49,491 nucleotides of DNA from Octopus bimaculoides (taxonomy: Eukaryota): positions 92,802,048-92,851,538 of the forward strand of contig NC_068989.1 of the NCBI RefSeq assembly GCF_001194135.2, read 5' to 3'. Shown here piece after piece: positions 49,453-49,491 of this stretch (positions are counted from its first letter, which is position 1; each line of letters begins with the position of its first letter). The notes under the pieces were generated by a model, which was given only the letters and a program-made list of their open reading frames with translations, had not been told where the DNA came from and ran no database searches. The translations under genes were made by a program, and so were the position numbers.

Positions 49453-49491
<39 letters not shown>

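Overview
Eukaryotic, AT-rich, repeat-dominated DNA from a gapped draft assembly (about ten long N gaps and many 10-N joins). The microsatellite load and SINE families look like octopus genomic DNA; that is inference, not a database match. I cannot support any intact protein-coding gene. Almost every ORF in the track is a translation of microsatellites, N runs or SINEs. What is supported: three recurrent tRNA-derived SINE families (called A, B, C here), hAT-type MITEs with 8-bp TSDs, a pogo-like end, a Helentron/HINE-like 3' end, a decayed RTE-type RT fragment and a decayed Penelope-like (PLE) RT ORF at about 45850-47270. The main result is about a dozen minimal type I hammerhead ribozyme (HHR) motifs in several unrelated sequence contexts. 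Three of them sit in a composite family (D) built as tRNA-like Pol III head, (AAT)n spacer, then an HHR-bearing tail; two D copies form a head-to-head pair at 14581-15150. All structures were paired by eye. Ribozyme activity and novelty are untested.
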